Shown: positions 1 through 9,181 of the stretch, in pieces
Numbering within the stretch: the stretch's first letter is position 1
Layout: every line of letters starts with the position of its first letter
From: Bacteroidota bacterium
GTDB taxonomy: Bacteria; Bacteroidota; Bacteroidia; Bacteroidales; GCA-2711565
Reading direction: 5' to 3'
Length of the DNA stretch: 64,000 nt
Assembly (NCBI GenBank): GCA_003353955.1
Contig: PIVJ01000001.1
Coordinates: forward strand, 16,728-80,727
Notes under the pieces: generated by a model
The model's input: the letters and a program-made list of their open reading frames with translations, nothing else
Told to the model about the DNA's origin: nothing
Databases searched by the model: none
Translations under genes and position numbers: made by a program

Positions 1-883
1 TGCGACCAACAATTTTATAATTGAGTTTTTCAGCGGTTGTTTTTTCAAATGAATTAATAACCTCCATTACCGAACTTCCTTTTCCTGTGCCAAGGTTAAA
101 ATATTCCATATTCAACTTCATTTTATTATTAATCATCCGTTCAACAGCAACAACATGTGCTTTTGCTAAATCAACAACGTGAATATAATCTCTAATTGCC
201 GTTCCGTCGGGGGTGTCATAATCATCACCAAAAACGCTTAAACATTCTCTTTTACCGATTGCAGTTTGCGTAATAAATGGCATTAAATTATTTGGAATCC
301 CTAAAGGTAATTCCCCAATTTTTGCAGATGAATGTGCTCCAATTGGATTAAAATATCGCAATGCAATTCCTTTCAAATCAGAAGCCTTAATTGTGTCCGA
401 AATAATCTCTTCAGAAATTTGCTTGGTGTTTCCGTAAGGAGATTCGGCAATTTGAATTGGTGCTTTTTCGGTAACGGGCAATTCTTCAGGTTGTCCGTAA
501 ACAGTGCAGGAAGATGAAAACACAAAGTTGTGAATATGGTTCTCATTCATTCCTTTCAAAACATTTATTAGAGAAACCAAATTATTATGATAATACATTA
601 GGGGTTTCTCAACAGATTCTCCAACTGCTTTGGAAGCTGCAAAGTGAATAACACTGTTAATTTCAGCATGACGTTTAAAAAAATCAGCAGTTAATTGAGC
701 GTCCGACAAATCAAGTTTCTCAAATTCAGGCCTAAACCCGCTTATGCTCTCGATCGCTTCTACAACCGTAATATTAGAGTTAGAAAGGTTATCCACTATT
801 ATAACCTCAATCCCTTTTTGTTGTAACTCGACTACCGTGTGAGATCCAATGTATCCTGTACCTCCGGTAACTAGGATTCTCAT
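1..883 (-). CDS. galE: UDP-glucose 4-epimerase (GalE), C-terminus cut by window edge
   Basis: Own translation of minus strand from ATG at 881-883: MRILVTGGTGYIGSHTVVELQQKGIEVIIVDNLSNS... This is the Rossmann GxxGxxG N-terminus of extended-SDR epimerases. The frame stays open to position 1. It is absent from the ORF track because it runs off the window. Confidence 0.85.
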   Translation of the reverse strand, partial: MRILVTGGTGYIGSHTVVELQQKGIEVIIVDNLSNSNITVVEAIESISGFRPEFEKLDLSDAQLTADFFKRHAEINSVIHFAASKAVGESVEKPLMYYHNNLVSLINVLKGMNENHIHNFVFSSSCTVYGQPEELPVTEKAPIQIAESPYGNTKQISEEIISDTIKASDLKGIALRYFNPIGAHSSAKIGELPLGIPNNLMPFITQTAIGKRECLSVFGDDYDTPDGTAIRDYIHVVDLAKAHVVAVERMINNKMKLNMEYFNLGTGKGSSVMEVINSFEKTTAEKLNYKIVGR

Positions 884-900
884 GATAAATGGGTTTTGAT

Positions 901-1476
901 TTATAACTTAATAACCTTATTGTTACTTAGTTTATATTTTTTCTTGCTTTCCTTACAAATGGCTAATCCATTATGGTCGAAATTTAGTCGATGCCCAAAT
1001 CTGCTAATCCATCCACTTTGCTTTGCGGGGTTTCCTACCATCAGGGCATAAGGCTTAACTTCTTTCGTAACAACAGCTCCGGCTCCGATTAAACAATGTT
1101 CTCCTAATTCAATCCCACAAAGAATAGTTGCGTTTGCTCCAATGGTAGCTCCTTTTTTTACCAGTGTTTTAACATACTTATTCTTGCGGGTTACTGCACT
1201 TCGTGGATTAAGGATGTTAGTGAAAACCATTGATGGGCCTAAAAAGACATCATCTTCACAAACAACTCCGGTATAAACAGAAACATTATTTTGAATTTTT
1301 ACATTATTGCCCAATTTAACCTGGGGCGATACAACTACATTTTGACCAATATTACAATTTTTCCCAATTTCACACTTATTCATTATATGAGAAAAATGCC
1401 AGATTTTAGTGTCTGAACCAATGTTGCAGCCGTCATCAATAATTGCGGTGGAATGCGCGAAAAATTCTTTTGTCAT
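901..1476 (-). CDS. Left-handed beta-helix (hexapeptide-repeat) sugar N-acetyltransferase, WbpD/WlbB-like
   Basis: 191-aa ORF with repeated [LIV]G-x4 hexapeptide pattern (IGSDTKI, IGKNCNIGQNVVV, LGNNVKIQNNVSV, IGANATI, IGAGAVV). Abuts an aminotransferase with only a 3-nt gap. Confidence 0.8.
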   Translation of the reverse strand: MTKEFFAHSTAIIDDGCNIGSDTKIWHFSHIMNKCEIGKNCNIGQNVVVSPQVKLGNNVKIQNNVSVYTGVVCEDDVFLGPSMVFTNILNPRSAVTRKNKYVKTLVKKGATIGANATILCGIELGEHCLIGAGAVVTKEVKPYALMVGNPAKQSGWISRFGHRLNFDHNGLAICKESKKKYKLSNNKVIKL

Positions 1477-1479
1477 TAA

Positions 1480-2610
1480 CTATTTGTTAACGAACTCAAG
1501 TAAAGTTGAGGTAATGAAACCCAACTGTTCTTCATCGAGTTCTGTATGCATTGGTAAAGATAATACACTTTTACATACTTTTTCAGTAATCGGAAAATCA
1601 CCTTCATTATATCTGGAATCCTGATATGCTTTTTGGAGATGCAAGGGAACCGGATAATAAACAGGTGCAGGAATTCCTTTAGATTGGAGATGTTCATGCA
1701 GGCCATCCCTGTCAATGTTCTTAGTTAACAATGTGTATTGATGAAACACATGTGTTGACTGTTCAAATTTAGCGGGAATCTTAATCGATGAATAATCCTT
1801 AAATGCTTCGTTATAACTTTCTGCAGCTTTATTTCTGGCTGAAGAATAGGCATCAAGATACTTTAATTTTACATTAAGGATTGCTGCCTGAATACTATCC
1901 AATCTGGAATTTACTCCAATTAAATCATGGTAATAACGTGCTGTCATTCCATGATTTGCGATGATTCTGCATTGGTTTGCCAACGCATCATTATTGGTAA
2001 AAATAGCTCCACCATCACCATAAGCTCCAAGGTTCTTAGACGGGAAAAAGGAGGTACATCCTACATCTCCAATGGTACCCGCTTTTTTTCTATTTCCATC
2101 CTTAAAAATATAATCGGCACCAATCGCCTGACAAGCATCTTCAATAACTTTTAAACCAAACTCGTCGGCAATTTCTTGTATGGCTTCTAAATCTGCACAT
2201 TGTCCAAAGAGGTGTACAGGAACGATGGCTTTGCTTTTTGAAGTAATTGCCTTTCTGATCGCATCAGGATCAATATTAAAAGTATTTGGATCAATATCAA
2301 CTAGTACGGGTGTTAATCCTAGTAAGGCAATAACCTCTGCAGTTGCAATAAAGGTGAAAGAGGTTGTAATTACTTCGTCACCTGGTTTTAATCCAAGTGC
2401 CATCATCGAGATTTGAAGTGCATCTGTCCCATTTGCGCATGGAATCACATGCTTAACGCCTAGATAGTTCTCCAGCTTAGCCTGAAATTCTTTTACGGCA
2501 GGACCATTAATGAATGCCGCTGAATCAAGAACCTTATGTATCGCTGAGTCGATCTCACTTTTTATTTTTTTGTACTGACCTTGCAGGTCAACCATATTGA
2601 TTTTATTCAT
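1480..2610 (-). CDS. DegT/DnrJ/EryC1/StrS-family PLP sugar aminotransferase (WbpE-like)
   Basis: 376-aa ORF. N-terminus has MVDLQGQYKKIKSEIDSAI...FINGPAVKEFQ and an SFFPSKNLG lysine motif typical of the family. Operonic with the acetyltransferase and galE. Confidence 0.85.
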   Translation of the reverse strand: MNKINMVDLQGQYKKIKSEIDSAIHKVLDSAAFINGPAVKEFQAKLENYLGVKHVIPCANGTDALQISMMALGLKPGDEVITTSFTFIATAEVIALLGLTPVLVDIDPNTFNIDPDAIRKAITSKSKAIVPVHLFGQCADLEAIQEIADEFGLKVIEDACQAIGADYIFKDGNRKKAGTIGDVGCTSFFPSKNLGAYGDGGAIFTNNDALANQCRIIANHGMTARYYHDLIGVNSRLDSIQAAILNVKLKYLDAYSSARNKAAESYNEAFKDYSSIKIPAKFEQSTHVFHQYTLLTKNIDRDGLHEHLQSKGIPAPVYYPVPLHLQKAYQDSRYNEGDFPITEKVCKSVLSLPMHTELDEEQLGFITSTLLEFVNK

Positions 2611-2797
2611 TTGGGAATTTTTTTTATTGTTATTTTATTAACGAAGTAAAATTAAAATTTTTAGCAAAGCGAGTGAAAAATTTTAAACTATATTCATAAA
2701 ATAACTTAAATAATTCCAGGTATTCTTCAATTGATTAACTTTGTTTTAATTCTTTGGCAACAATATACCACAAATAGAATCTCTTTAGTATCGAAGC

Positions 2798-4033
2798 ATG
2801 GGTTTTCTTTACAATCTTTTTATTAATTTTTATCTATTGTTGATTAACGTTGCTTCTGTTTTCAATATCAAAGCAAAAAAATGGATTATAGGACGCCGGC
2901 ATATCTTTGAAAGATTTGCATCAAAAATATCAATAGAAGATGAATACATCTGGGTTCACTGCGCTTCTCTTGGCGAATTTGAACAGGGGCATCCCATTAT
3001 TAAATCCATAAAAAAACAATTTCCGAAGTATAAAATTCTATTAACCTTTTTTTCTCCATCCGGATATGAAATCCGAAAAGATTATGAGTTCGCAGATGTG
3101 GTTGAATACTTACCATCTGACACAAAAATGAATGCAAAAAGAATGCTTGAAATAATTAAACCGAAGATTGTCATTTTTGTCAAATATGAATTTTGGTTCA
3201 ATTACCTAAAAGAGCTCAATTATCACAACATTCCGGTATTTTTTATTTCTTCCATATTTCGCCCGAATCAATATTTTTTCAAATTTTATGGTGCCTGGTT
3301 TAGGAATCGCTTAAAAACAATAACGCATTTCTTCGTTCAAAACGAACAGTCAAAAGAATTATTAATAAAGATCAACATTGAAAATGTTACGAGTTGTGGA
3401 GATACCAGATTTGATCAGGTTTATATTTTATCTCAAAACCCATTGAAATTCCCATTAGTCGAATCGTTTAAAGGAAAGAGTAAGCTAATTATTGTTGGCA
3501 GTTCCTGGCCTCAGGATGAAGAAATAGTGTTCCCATTAATAGATCAATTTCCGGATACAAAATTCATTATCGCACCCCATGAGGTTCACCCGGCAAGAAT
3601 AAATAAAATTGTAAAAAAACTAGATAATCAGACCATCGTTTATTCAAAAGCAAATACGGAAAGTATCAATCGGCCTCAAGTTTTAATTATTGATTCGATC
3701 GGGATCTTAGCACAATTATATCAATATGCAACATTGGTGTATATTGGCGGTGGTTTCGGAGTGGGGATTCATAATATTCAGGAACCTATCACCTATGGAA
3801 AACCTGTTATCTTCGGACCTAGATTTGAAAAATTTCAGGAGGCAAGAGATTTAATTAAACAAAAAGGCGTATTCTCAATCAAAACAAAAGAACAATTAAA
3901 TAAGGCTATTTCATTACTAATTAATGATCAAAACGAATATCAACATTCAGTACAAATTTGTAAAGATTATGTAGAGGCGAATATCGGAGCTTCAAAAATA
4001 ATTTTGAACCAATTAAAAGAATATTTAACTTAA
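2798..4033 (+). CDS. waaA: 3-deoxy-D-manno-octulosonic acid (Kdo) transferase
   Basis: 411-aa ORF with WVHCASLGEFEQGHPII and FFSPSGYE motifs characteristic of WaaA/KdtA. Confidence 0.85.
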   Translation: MGFLYNLFINFYLLLINVASVFNIKAKKWIIGRRHIFERFASKISIEDEYIWVHCASLGEFEQGHPIIKSIKKQFPKYKILLTFFSPSGYEIRKDYEFADVVEYLPSDTKMNAKRMLEIIKPKIVIFVKYEFWFNYLKELNYHNIPVFFISSIFRPNQYFFKFYGAWFRNRLKTITHFFVQNEQSKELLIKINIENVTSCGDTRFDQVYILSQNPLKFPLVESFKGKSKLIIVGSSWPQDEEIVFPLIDQFPDTKFIIAPHEVHPARINKIVKKLDNQTIVYSKANTESINRPQVLIIDSIGILAQLYQYATLVYIGGGFGVGIHNIQEPITYGKPVIFGPRFEKFQEARDLIKQKGVFSIKTKEQLNKAISLLINDQNEYQHSVQICKDYVEANIGASKIILNQLKEYLT

Positions 4034-4069
4034 TATCAATCTCAATAATCATCAGAAAAAGAATTTGAA

Positions 4070-5500
4070 ATGACAAACATAAAACAAGTATCTCAACATA
4101 TTTCAGGCGAGAATTTAGTACTTCTTGTAAATGATTTTAATCAGCTACCGTCAAATATTCTATCTATAAATGAATTAAACTTCATTAAGGAGAAATTTGA
4201 TCAGGACATCAAAAGAATAGATCTGAACCATTTATCGAATTGGATTTTTGTTCAATTGATTGAAGAAAAAGAGAGTAAGAATTTAACCTCAGAGCAGGCC
4301 AGAATAGCAGGTGATAAATTGACTGTTTTTATAAATGAAAATAAATTGGCAGATATTTACGTGCTGGATTATAGCCTTAATGAAACCTATGCACTTCCGT
4401 TCTCCGAAGGAATGGCATTGAGCAATTATCAATTTTTAAAATATATTACCGATCAGCCTAAAAAAGTGAATACCCTGACGGATATTTATATTGTTTCTAA
4501 AACTGTTTTAGATGAACAAATTGCACATTTAAGTATTCAGCTTGAAGCTAATTCGATTACCAGAACATTTGTGAATGAGCCCGTATCATATTTAACTGCT
4601 GAAAAATTGGCGGAGGATATTAAACATCTTCTACGCGATACAAATGTGAATGTTGAGGTGCTGAATAAAAAGAAAATTGAAAGTTTGAAGATGGGCGGTT
4701 TGCTTGCCGTAAATAAAGGAAGTATTGATCCACCTACCTTTTGCATCCTTGAGTATAAGCCTGAAAATGCGCATAATGACAAACCCTATACTTTTGTAGG
4801 AAAAGGAGTTGTTTATGACACGGGTGGGTTGAACATAAAAACCGAAAATCACATGAATAATATGAAATGTGATATGGCTGGAGCAGCAACTGTAGCCGGG
4901 GCAATTTACGCAATTGCAAAAGCAAAACTTGCAGTAAATGTTGTTGGGTTAATTCCTGCAACTGATAATCGGCTAAATGGAAATGCTTATGTCAGCGGAG
5001 ACGTAATTACCATGCATGACGGAACAACTGTGGAGGTTATAAATACTGATGCAGAAGGAAGAATGATTTTAGCCGACGCACTTTCATACGCTAAAAAGTA
5101 TGATCCGAAAATGGTGATAGATTTGGCAACCTTAACCGGATCGGCACAAAGAGCCATTGGGAAAAACGGATCGGTTGCAATGGGCTCAAAGAGTGAGAAT
5201 GAGATGAGTTTATTGAAGCAAAGTGGAGATAATGTTCATGAAAGAATTGTTGAATTTCCATTATGGGAAGAATATGAAGAAGAACTTAAATCAACCATAG
5301 CCGACATTAAACACCTTGGTGGTTCCACAGCAGGAGCCATTACAGCCGGGAAATTCTTGGAGCATTTTACCGATTATCCATATATACATCTTGATATTGC
5401 GGGTACAGCTTTTTTAGAAAAAAAAGATAGTTATCGGGGAATTGGCGGAACAGGTGTAGGAGTGAGGCTGTTATTCGATTTTATTAAGAACAAACAATAA
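4070..5500 (+). CDS. pepA: Leucyl aminopeptidase, M17 family
   Basis: 476-aa ORF with VGKGVVYDTGGLNIK, MKCDMAGAA and NTDAEGRMILADAL signature. Confidence 0.85.
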   Translation: MTNIKQVSQHISGENLVLLVNDFNQLPSNILSINELNFIKEKFDQDIKRIDLNHLSNWIFVQLIEEKESKNLTSEQARIAGDKLTVFINENKLADIYVLDYSLNETYALPFSEGMALSNYQFLKYITDQPKKVNTLTDIYIVSKTVLDEQIAHLSIQLEANSITRTFVNEPVSYLTAEKLAEDIKHLLRDTNVNVEVLNKKKIESLKMGGLLAVNKGSIDPPTFCILEYKPENAHNDKPYTFVGKGVVYDTGGLNIKTENHMNNMKCDMAGAATVAGAIYAIAKAKLAVNVVGLIPATDNRLNGNAYVSGDVITMHDGTTVEVINTDAEGRMILADALSYAKKYDPKMVIDLATLTGSAQRAIGKNGSVAMGSKSENEMSLLKQSGDNVHERIVEFPLWEEYEEELKSTIADIKHLGGSTAGAITAGKFLEHFTDYPYIHLDIAGTAFLEKKDSYRGIGGTGVGVRLLFDFIKNKQ

Positions 5501-5682
5501 GCAGACGGATTAATAAAATGAGGGAGATGCTGTACGAACTTAATGTAATCATTGGCATCTTTACCAAAGTATTCCATAGTTTCACCTTCAATTTTGCAAG
5601 TGCTTTCTTGTACGGTACTACTTGAAAATAGTACTTCAAATTCTTGTTATAATTATCATGAAAGAAGAAAACGCAACTTAAT

Positions 5683-6135
5683 TTATTGGTTATCCTCAGC
5701 AAACCATTCTGCAACGGAGGTGGTTGTTTCCCGCAATTTAAGACTGTGGAGTTTTACATTTTTGGGCAATTGAGGCTGGATTTTATTTACAAAGTCAACT
5801 ATTAAATGCTCACTGGTGGGATCATAATCCACGGTCAATATTTTTTCGAAATTGGCTTTTAATTCTGCCAATAAATTCTCTGAAGTATTTTGATGCATCA
5901 CCAAGGCATGATCAAATACCGAAATGATTGAATCTTTCACAAGCTTTTTTAACTGGCCAAAATCCATGATCATTCCATTATCAGATTTGGCAAGATCGCT
6001 AACGGGTTCTCCGATAATGGTAACTCCCAGTGTATACGAATGGCCATGAATGTTTTTACAAGCACCGTGATGAGAGGGTAAATTATGAGCCATCTCAAAT
6101 TTAAATTCTTTGGTTATTCTAATTTTTTGCGCCAT
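5683..6135 (-). CDS. queD: 6-carboxy-5,6,7,8-tetrahydropterin synthase (QueD/PTPS family)
   Basis: 150-aa ORF. FKFEMAHNL...CKNIHGHSY matches the PTPS His/Cys catalytic motif. Confidence 0.8.
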   Translation of the reverse strand: MAQKIRITKEFKFEMAHNLPSHHGACKNIHGHSYTLGVTIIGEPVSDLAKSDNGMIMDFGQLKKLVKDSIISVFDHALVMHQNTSENLLAELKANFEKILTVDYDPTSEHLIVDFVNKIQPQLPKNVKLHSLKLRETTTSVAEWFAEDNQ

Positions 6136-6154
6136 TTTTCTGTGGTAAAATTAG

Positions 6155-6718
6155 CTAAATAATGACTAAGAGCTGCAAACTCAGTTTAATTCCGATGCCA
6201 AGCATCAATAATCCACTCAGAAAATCTGCATTATTACCGAGTTGATATTTCCCCGATTTCTTTCCAACGATGATTCCGGATAAACTCATAATTAAGCCCA
6301 AGCTACTCATAATGATAATTAGCTCCAGTACATTTACGCCAGAGAAAGTCAAGCCCAGTCCCAATATAAAAGCAGGCAATCCCAAGGCAATTGACAAGGC
6401 CAATGTAACTCTCATTAATCCGAAATTATAAGTTCGGTCTTCCAGCTTTATGCTGAATGATTTTAATACCATTCTTACGCCTAAAACAAAAAGTAAAATG
6501 ATAAGGATCCATGAATTCGACCAGTTCATTAAGGTTTGAAGAGTTACGCCTGCCCAATATCCAACCCACATCATTAAGGCGGGGATGAAAGTGAACAATC
6601 CGATTAATCTGAATTTTTCAAAATTAGTTAAGCATTGTTGAACATTGGATACTAATGCCAACGCAAAATTACCGGTTGTAATTGAAAATATGAGCAGAAT
6701 TAAATCAAGTAAATTCAC
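6155..6718 (-). CDS. MntP/DUF204-like six-TM membrane protein (divergent)
   Basis: 187 aa. Same length and helix layout as MntP (VLGVRMVLKSF ~ FLGGRMIIEGF; C-terminal GLLMLGIGIKL). The two DAF/DAM aspartate motifs of MntP are not conserved (GNFA, LPAF). Confidence 0.45.
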   Translation of the reverse strand: MNLLDLILLIFSITTGNFALALVSNVQQCLTNFEKFRLIGLFTFIPALMMWVGYWAGVTLQTLMNWSNSWILIILLFVLGVRMVLKSFSIKLEDRTYNFGLMRVTLALSIALGLPAFILGLGLTFSGVNVLELIIIMSSLGLIMSLSGIIVGKKSGKYQLGNNADFLSGLLMLGIGIKLSLQLLVII

Positions 6719-6724
6719 TATTGC

Positions 6725-7186
6725 TTATTTATAAATTAATTGAACAATTTTTTCTAGTCCGATAACATCCTCTTGATCAAAAGAATTTAAATCTTTGCTG
6801 TCAACATCGAGTACACATACAATTTCACCCGATTGGTTTTTAACAGGTACAACCAATTCTGATTTAGTGCTGGGATCACAGGCAATATGTCCGTCGAATT
6901 CTTCAACATCTGCAACAAGAATAGAGGATTTTTTATTAATTGCAGCCCAGCAAACACCAGTATCTTTTTTTAGTTTTATGCAAGCAATCGCCCCTTGATA
7001 CGGGCCAACCGTTAACTCTCCATCGACTAAGTTATAAAATCCGGTCCAAAAAAAGTAATCAAATTTATGATGAAGCATGGCGATGATACTTGCTTTGTTC
7101 GAAGTTATATCATCACTTTTCTTTAGCAACTCTTCTAATTGCAAATATATTCGTTGATATCTATTTCGTTTAATATTGGTTTTCAT
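6725..7186 (-). CDS. GAF-domain protein, YebR/free methionine-(R)-sulfoxide reductase-like
   Basis: 153 aa. WTGFY...LTVGPYQGAIACIKL...GVCWAA...DVEEFDGHIACD resembles single-GAF fRMsr/YebR proteins. Confidence 0.7.
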   Translation of the reverse strand: MKTNIKRNRYQRIYLQLEELLKKSDDITSNKASIIAMLHHKFDYFFWTGFYNLVDGELTVGPYQGAIACIKLKKDTGVCWAAINKKSSILVADVEEFDGHIACDPSTKSELVVPVKNQSGEIVCVLDVDSKDLNSFDQEDVIGLEKIVQLIYK

Positions 7187-7314
7187 CTGTTTATGCCTAA
7201 ATTATTTAAACGTTACCCCAAGTATGCCTCTTAATAAAAAACATACGTGTTGTAACACCCATTTTGCAATACGTTTACAAAATTATAATAAATAAAGATA
7301 TCGATCAGAGAATG

Positions 7315-8691
7315 TTAAACTTTCGCCAATGTAACCGTAAAGTGTCGTAATATGGGAGCTTCTGAAATAATTTTATAGCCTTTTATTATTTGATCTCTTC
7401 TTTCGAAAACATTAAAAATACAAGTGGCAATATAATCCATATGACTGTTGGTATAAACCCTTCGTGGAATTGCCATTCGGATGAGTTCTAAATCCGGATA
7501 ACGATTTTTACGAGTCAGTGGATCTCGGTCTGCCATAATGGTTCCGATTTCTACAGCACGAACTCCACCTTCTAAATATATTTCAACGGCTAAGGTTTGC
7601 GCGATAAATTCCTCTTTTGGAAGATGGGGTAAAAACTTCTTCGCATCAACAAAAATGGCGTGACCACCGAAAGGCAACAAAACCGGAATGCCCATATCTT
7701 TTAATTTATTCCCCAGATAAGCCACTTGTCCAATCCGTGTTTGTAGATAATCGAATTCGCTTCCTTCATCCAGTCCTTGCGCTAATGCATTCATGTCACG
7801 GCCTGACATGCCACCATAGGTCAAAAACCCCTCAAACATGATATTGTATACACTGGCTTTTTTAAACAGTTCTTCGTCATTAAAAGCAATGAAACCACCC
7901 ATATTTACAATTGCATCCTTCTTGCTGCTCATGGTCATGCCGTCGGCATAGGTATACATTTCTTTTACTATTTCTTTAATCGTTTTATTTTCGTAGCCTG
8001 ACTCACGTGTTTTAATAAAAAATGCATTTTCCGCGAAGCGGGCAGAATCAAAGAAAACAGGAATATGATAATGCTTGGCCATACTCGAAATTGCTTTCAG
8101 GTTGTGCATACTCACAGGCTGCCCGCCTGAAGAATTACACGTTACGCTCACAATAATCAATGGAATTTTTTCAGTTGGATTTTTTGAAAGTACCTCCTCT
8201 AATTTATTTAAATCGATGTTGCCTTTAAACGGATTTTCGGAAGCGGTATCAAAAGCTTCATCAATGGTGCAATCAACGGCGGTTGCTTTTCTGAATTCGA
8301 TGTGGCCTTTAGTGGTATCGAAATGTGTGTTTCCGGGAACCAGGTCTCCATCTTTTATCATGGCTGAAAAAAGCACATTTTCGGCTGCTCGCCCTTGATG
8401 GGTTGGTAAGAAAAAATCAAATCCCAGAATGTTTTTTATTGCTTCTTTCATTTTAAAATACGAGGAAGCACCGGCATAACTTTCATCTCCAAGCATCATT
8501 GCGGCCCATTGCTTATCGCTCATGGCTCCGGTTCCGGAGTCGGTTAGTAAATCAATAAATACCTGATCGCTGTGTAAATTAAAAAGATTGTAGTTGGCCT
8601 TTTTGATCCATTGTTTCCGCTCTTCGGGAGAACTTTGTTTGATCGATTCGACCATTTTTATTTTATGGGATTCTACAAATGGTAATTTCAT
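7315..8691 (-). CDS. tnaA: Tryptophanase / beta-eliminating lyase (tryptophan indole-lyase)
   Basis: 458 aa. DLLTDSGTGAMSDKQWAAMM..GDESYAG and SSKKDAIVNMGG (PLP lysine region) are typical of TnaA/TPL. Confidence 0.85.
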   Translation of the reverse strand: MKLPFVESHKIKMVESIKQSSPEERKQWIKKANYNLFNLHSDQVFIDLLTDSGTGAMSDKQWAAMMLGDESYAGASSYFKMKEAIKNILGFDFFLPTHQGRAAENVLFSAMIKDGDLVPGNTHFDTTKGHIEFRKATAVDCTIDEAFDTASENPFKGNIDLNKLEEVLSKNPTEKIPLIIVSVTCNSSGGQPVSMHNLKAISSMAKHYHIPVFFDSARFAENAFFIKTRESGYENKTIKEIVKEMYTYADGMTMSSKKDAIVNMGGFIAFNDEELFKKASVYNIMFEGFLTYGGMSGRDMNALAQGLDEGSEFDYLQTRIGQVAYLGNKLKDMGIPVLLPFGGHAIFVDAKKFLPHLPKEEFIAQTLAVEIYLEGGVRAVEIGTIMADRDPLTRKNRYPDLELIRMAIPRRVYTNSHMDYIATCIFNVFERRDQIIKGYKIISEAPILRHFTVTLAKV

Positions 8692-8787
8692 GTGTCTGTA
8701 ATTTATTAGGGATGGAATCCGCTAATGGAACATTAGTGTATTACTAAATCGGTGAATGAATAAAGGAAAGGAATCCTAAATTAGCGT

Positions 8788-8853
8788 TTAGAACTTATCC
8801 CTATTTTTGATGTTAAGAAAGTTTCTCTTTCTACTTGTAATTGAAGTTTTCAT
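8788..8853 (-). other. 21-codon upstream ORF in the tnaA leader (MKTSITSRKRNFLNIKNRDKF)
   Basis: Own translation. ATG at 8851-8853 lies about 20 nt downstream of a TAccTTTG box; TAA at 8788-8790. It sits 96 nt upstream of the tnaA ATG. Contains no Trp codon. Confidence 0.3.
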
Positions 8854-8874
8854 GATGAGATTCAATTTCTGATG

Positions 8875-8882
8875 CAAAGGTA
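8875..8882 (-). promoter_or_regulatory. Bacteroidota-type -7 box TAccTTTG upstream of tnaA leader
   Basis: Reverse complement of caaaggta at 8875-8882 matches TAnnTTTG. Confidence 0.4.
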
Positions 8883-8940
8883 CGAAATAATATAATCAGG
8901 GATGGCATCCCTGCCACCTCCTGAAATTTTGCTGAAAGTA

Positions 8941-9048
8941 ATCCTTTGATTTTGTGAAACAAAGCTAATTAGGCGAAGTGACATTCCCCGCCCCTTGGGG
9001 CGAAAGGAAAAGAATCCATTATGATAGCCCGCGCTTGCGGCGGGGATT
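8941..9048 (-). repeat. GC-rich structured repeat, copy A
   Basis: Reverse complement reads ccccgccgcaagcgcgggctatcataatggattc...cgccccaaggggcggggaatgtcacttcgcctaattagctttgtttcacaaaatcaaagg. About 85-90% identical by eye to copies at 16183-16302 and 21737-21873. Confidence 0.8.
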
Positions 9049-9181
9049 TTCATTAACCCTTGATTCACATTATTAACTAAAAGCTTATATCAATTAAGAC
9101 CTTCACAGTTCAATATAACAGTTAAACTCTCATTTTAATTGATACCAAATCTTATGAGGGTTTATAAACCCTTCAGGCTTA

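Noticed and set aside
5501-5682. Possible small gene or relic in the pepA-queD convergent spacer (minus-strand frame ..IEGETMEYFGKDANDYIKFVQHLPHF..).
   Set aside because: It is short, has no recognisable family, runs antisense into the pepA 3' end, and the track ORF 5484..5714 is in a different frame. The evidence is insufficient.
8788-8853. uORF upstream of tnaA as a TnaC homologue.
   Set aside because: It has no Trp codon and no resemblance to the TnaC stalling motif (W..D...P). It is kept only as a candidate for an unrelated leader mechanism.
8862-9068. 68-aa ORF in the track (MNQGLMKIPAASAGYHNGFFSFRPKGRGMSLRLISFVSQNQ...). A similar peptide is encoded by the first part of ORF 21694..22029.
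   Set aside because: Both are simply translations of the GC-rich intergenic repeat. The third copy (16183-16302) is interrupted by a stop codon in that same relative frame. The similarity is at the DNA level, with hairpin structure, and is not protein-like.
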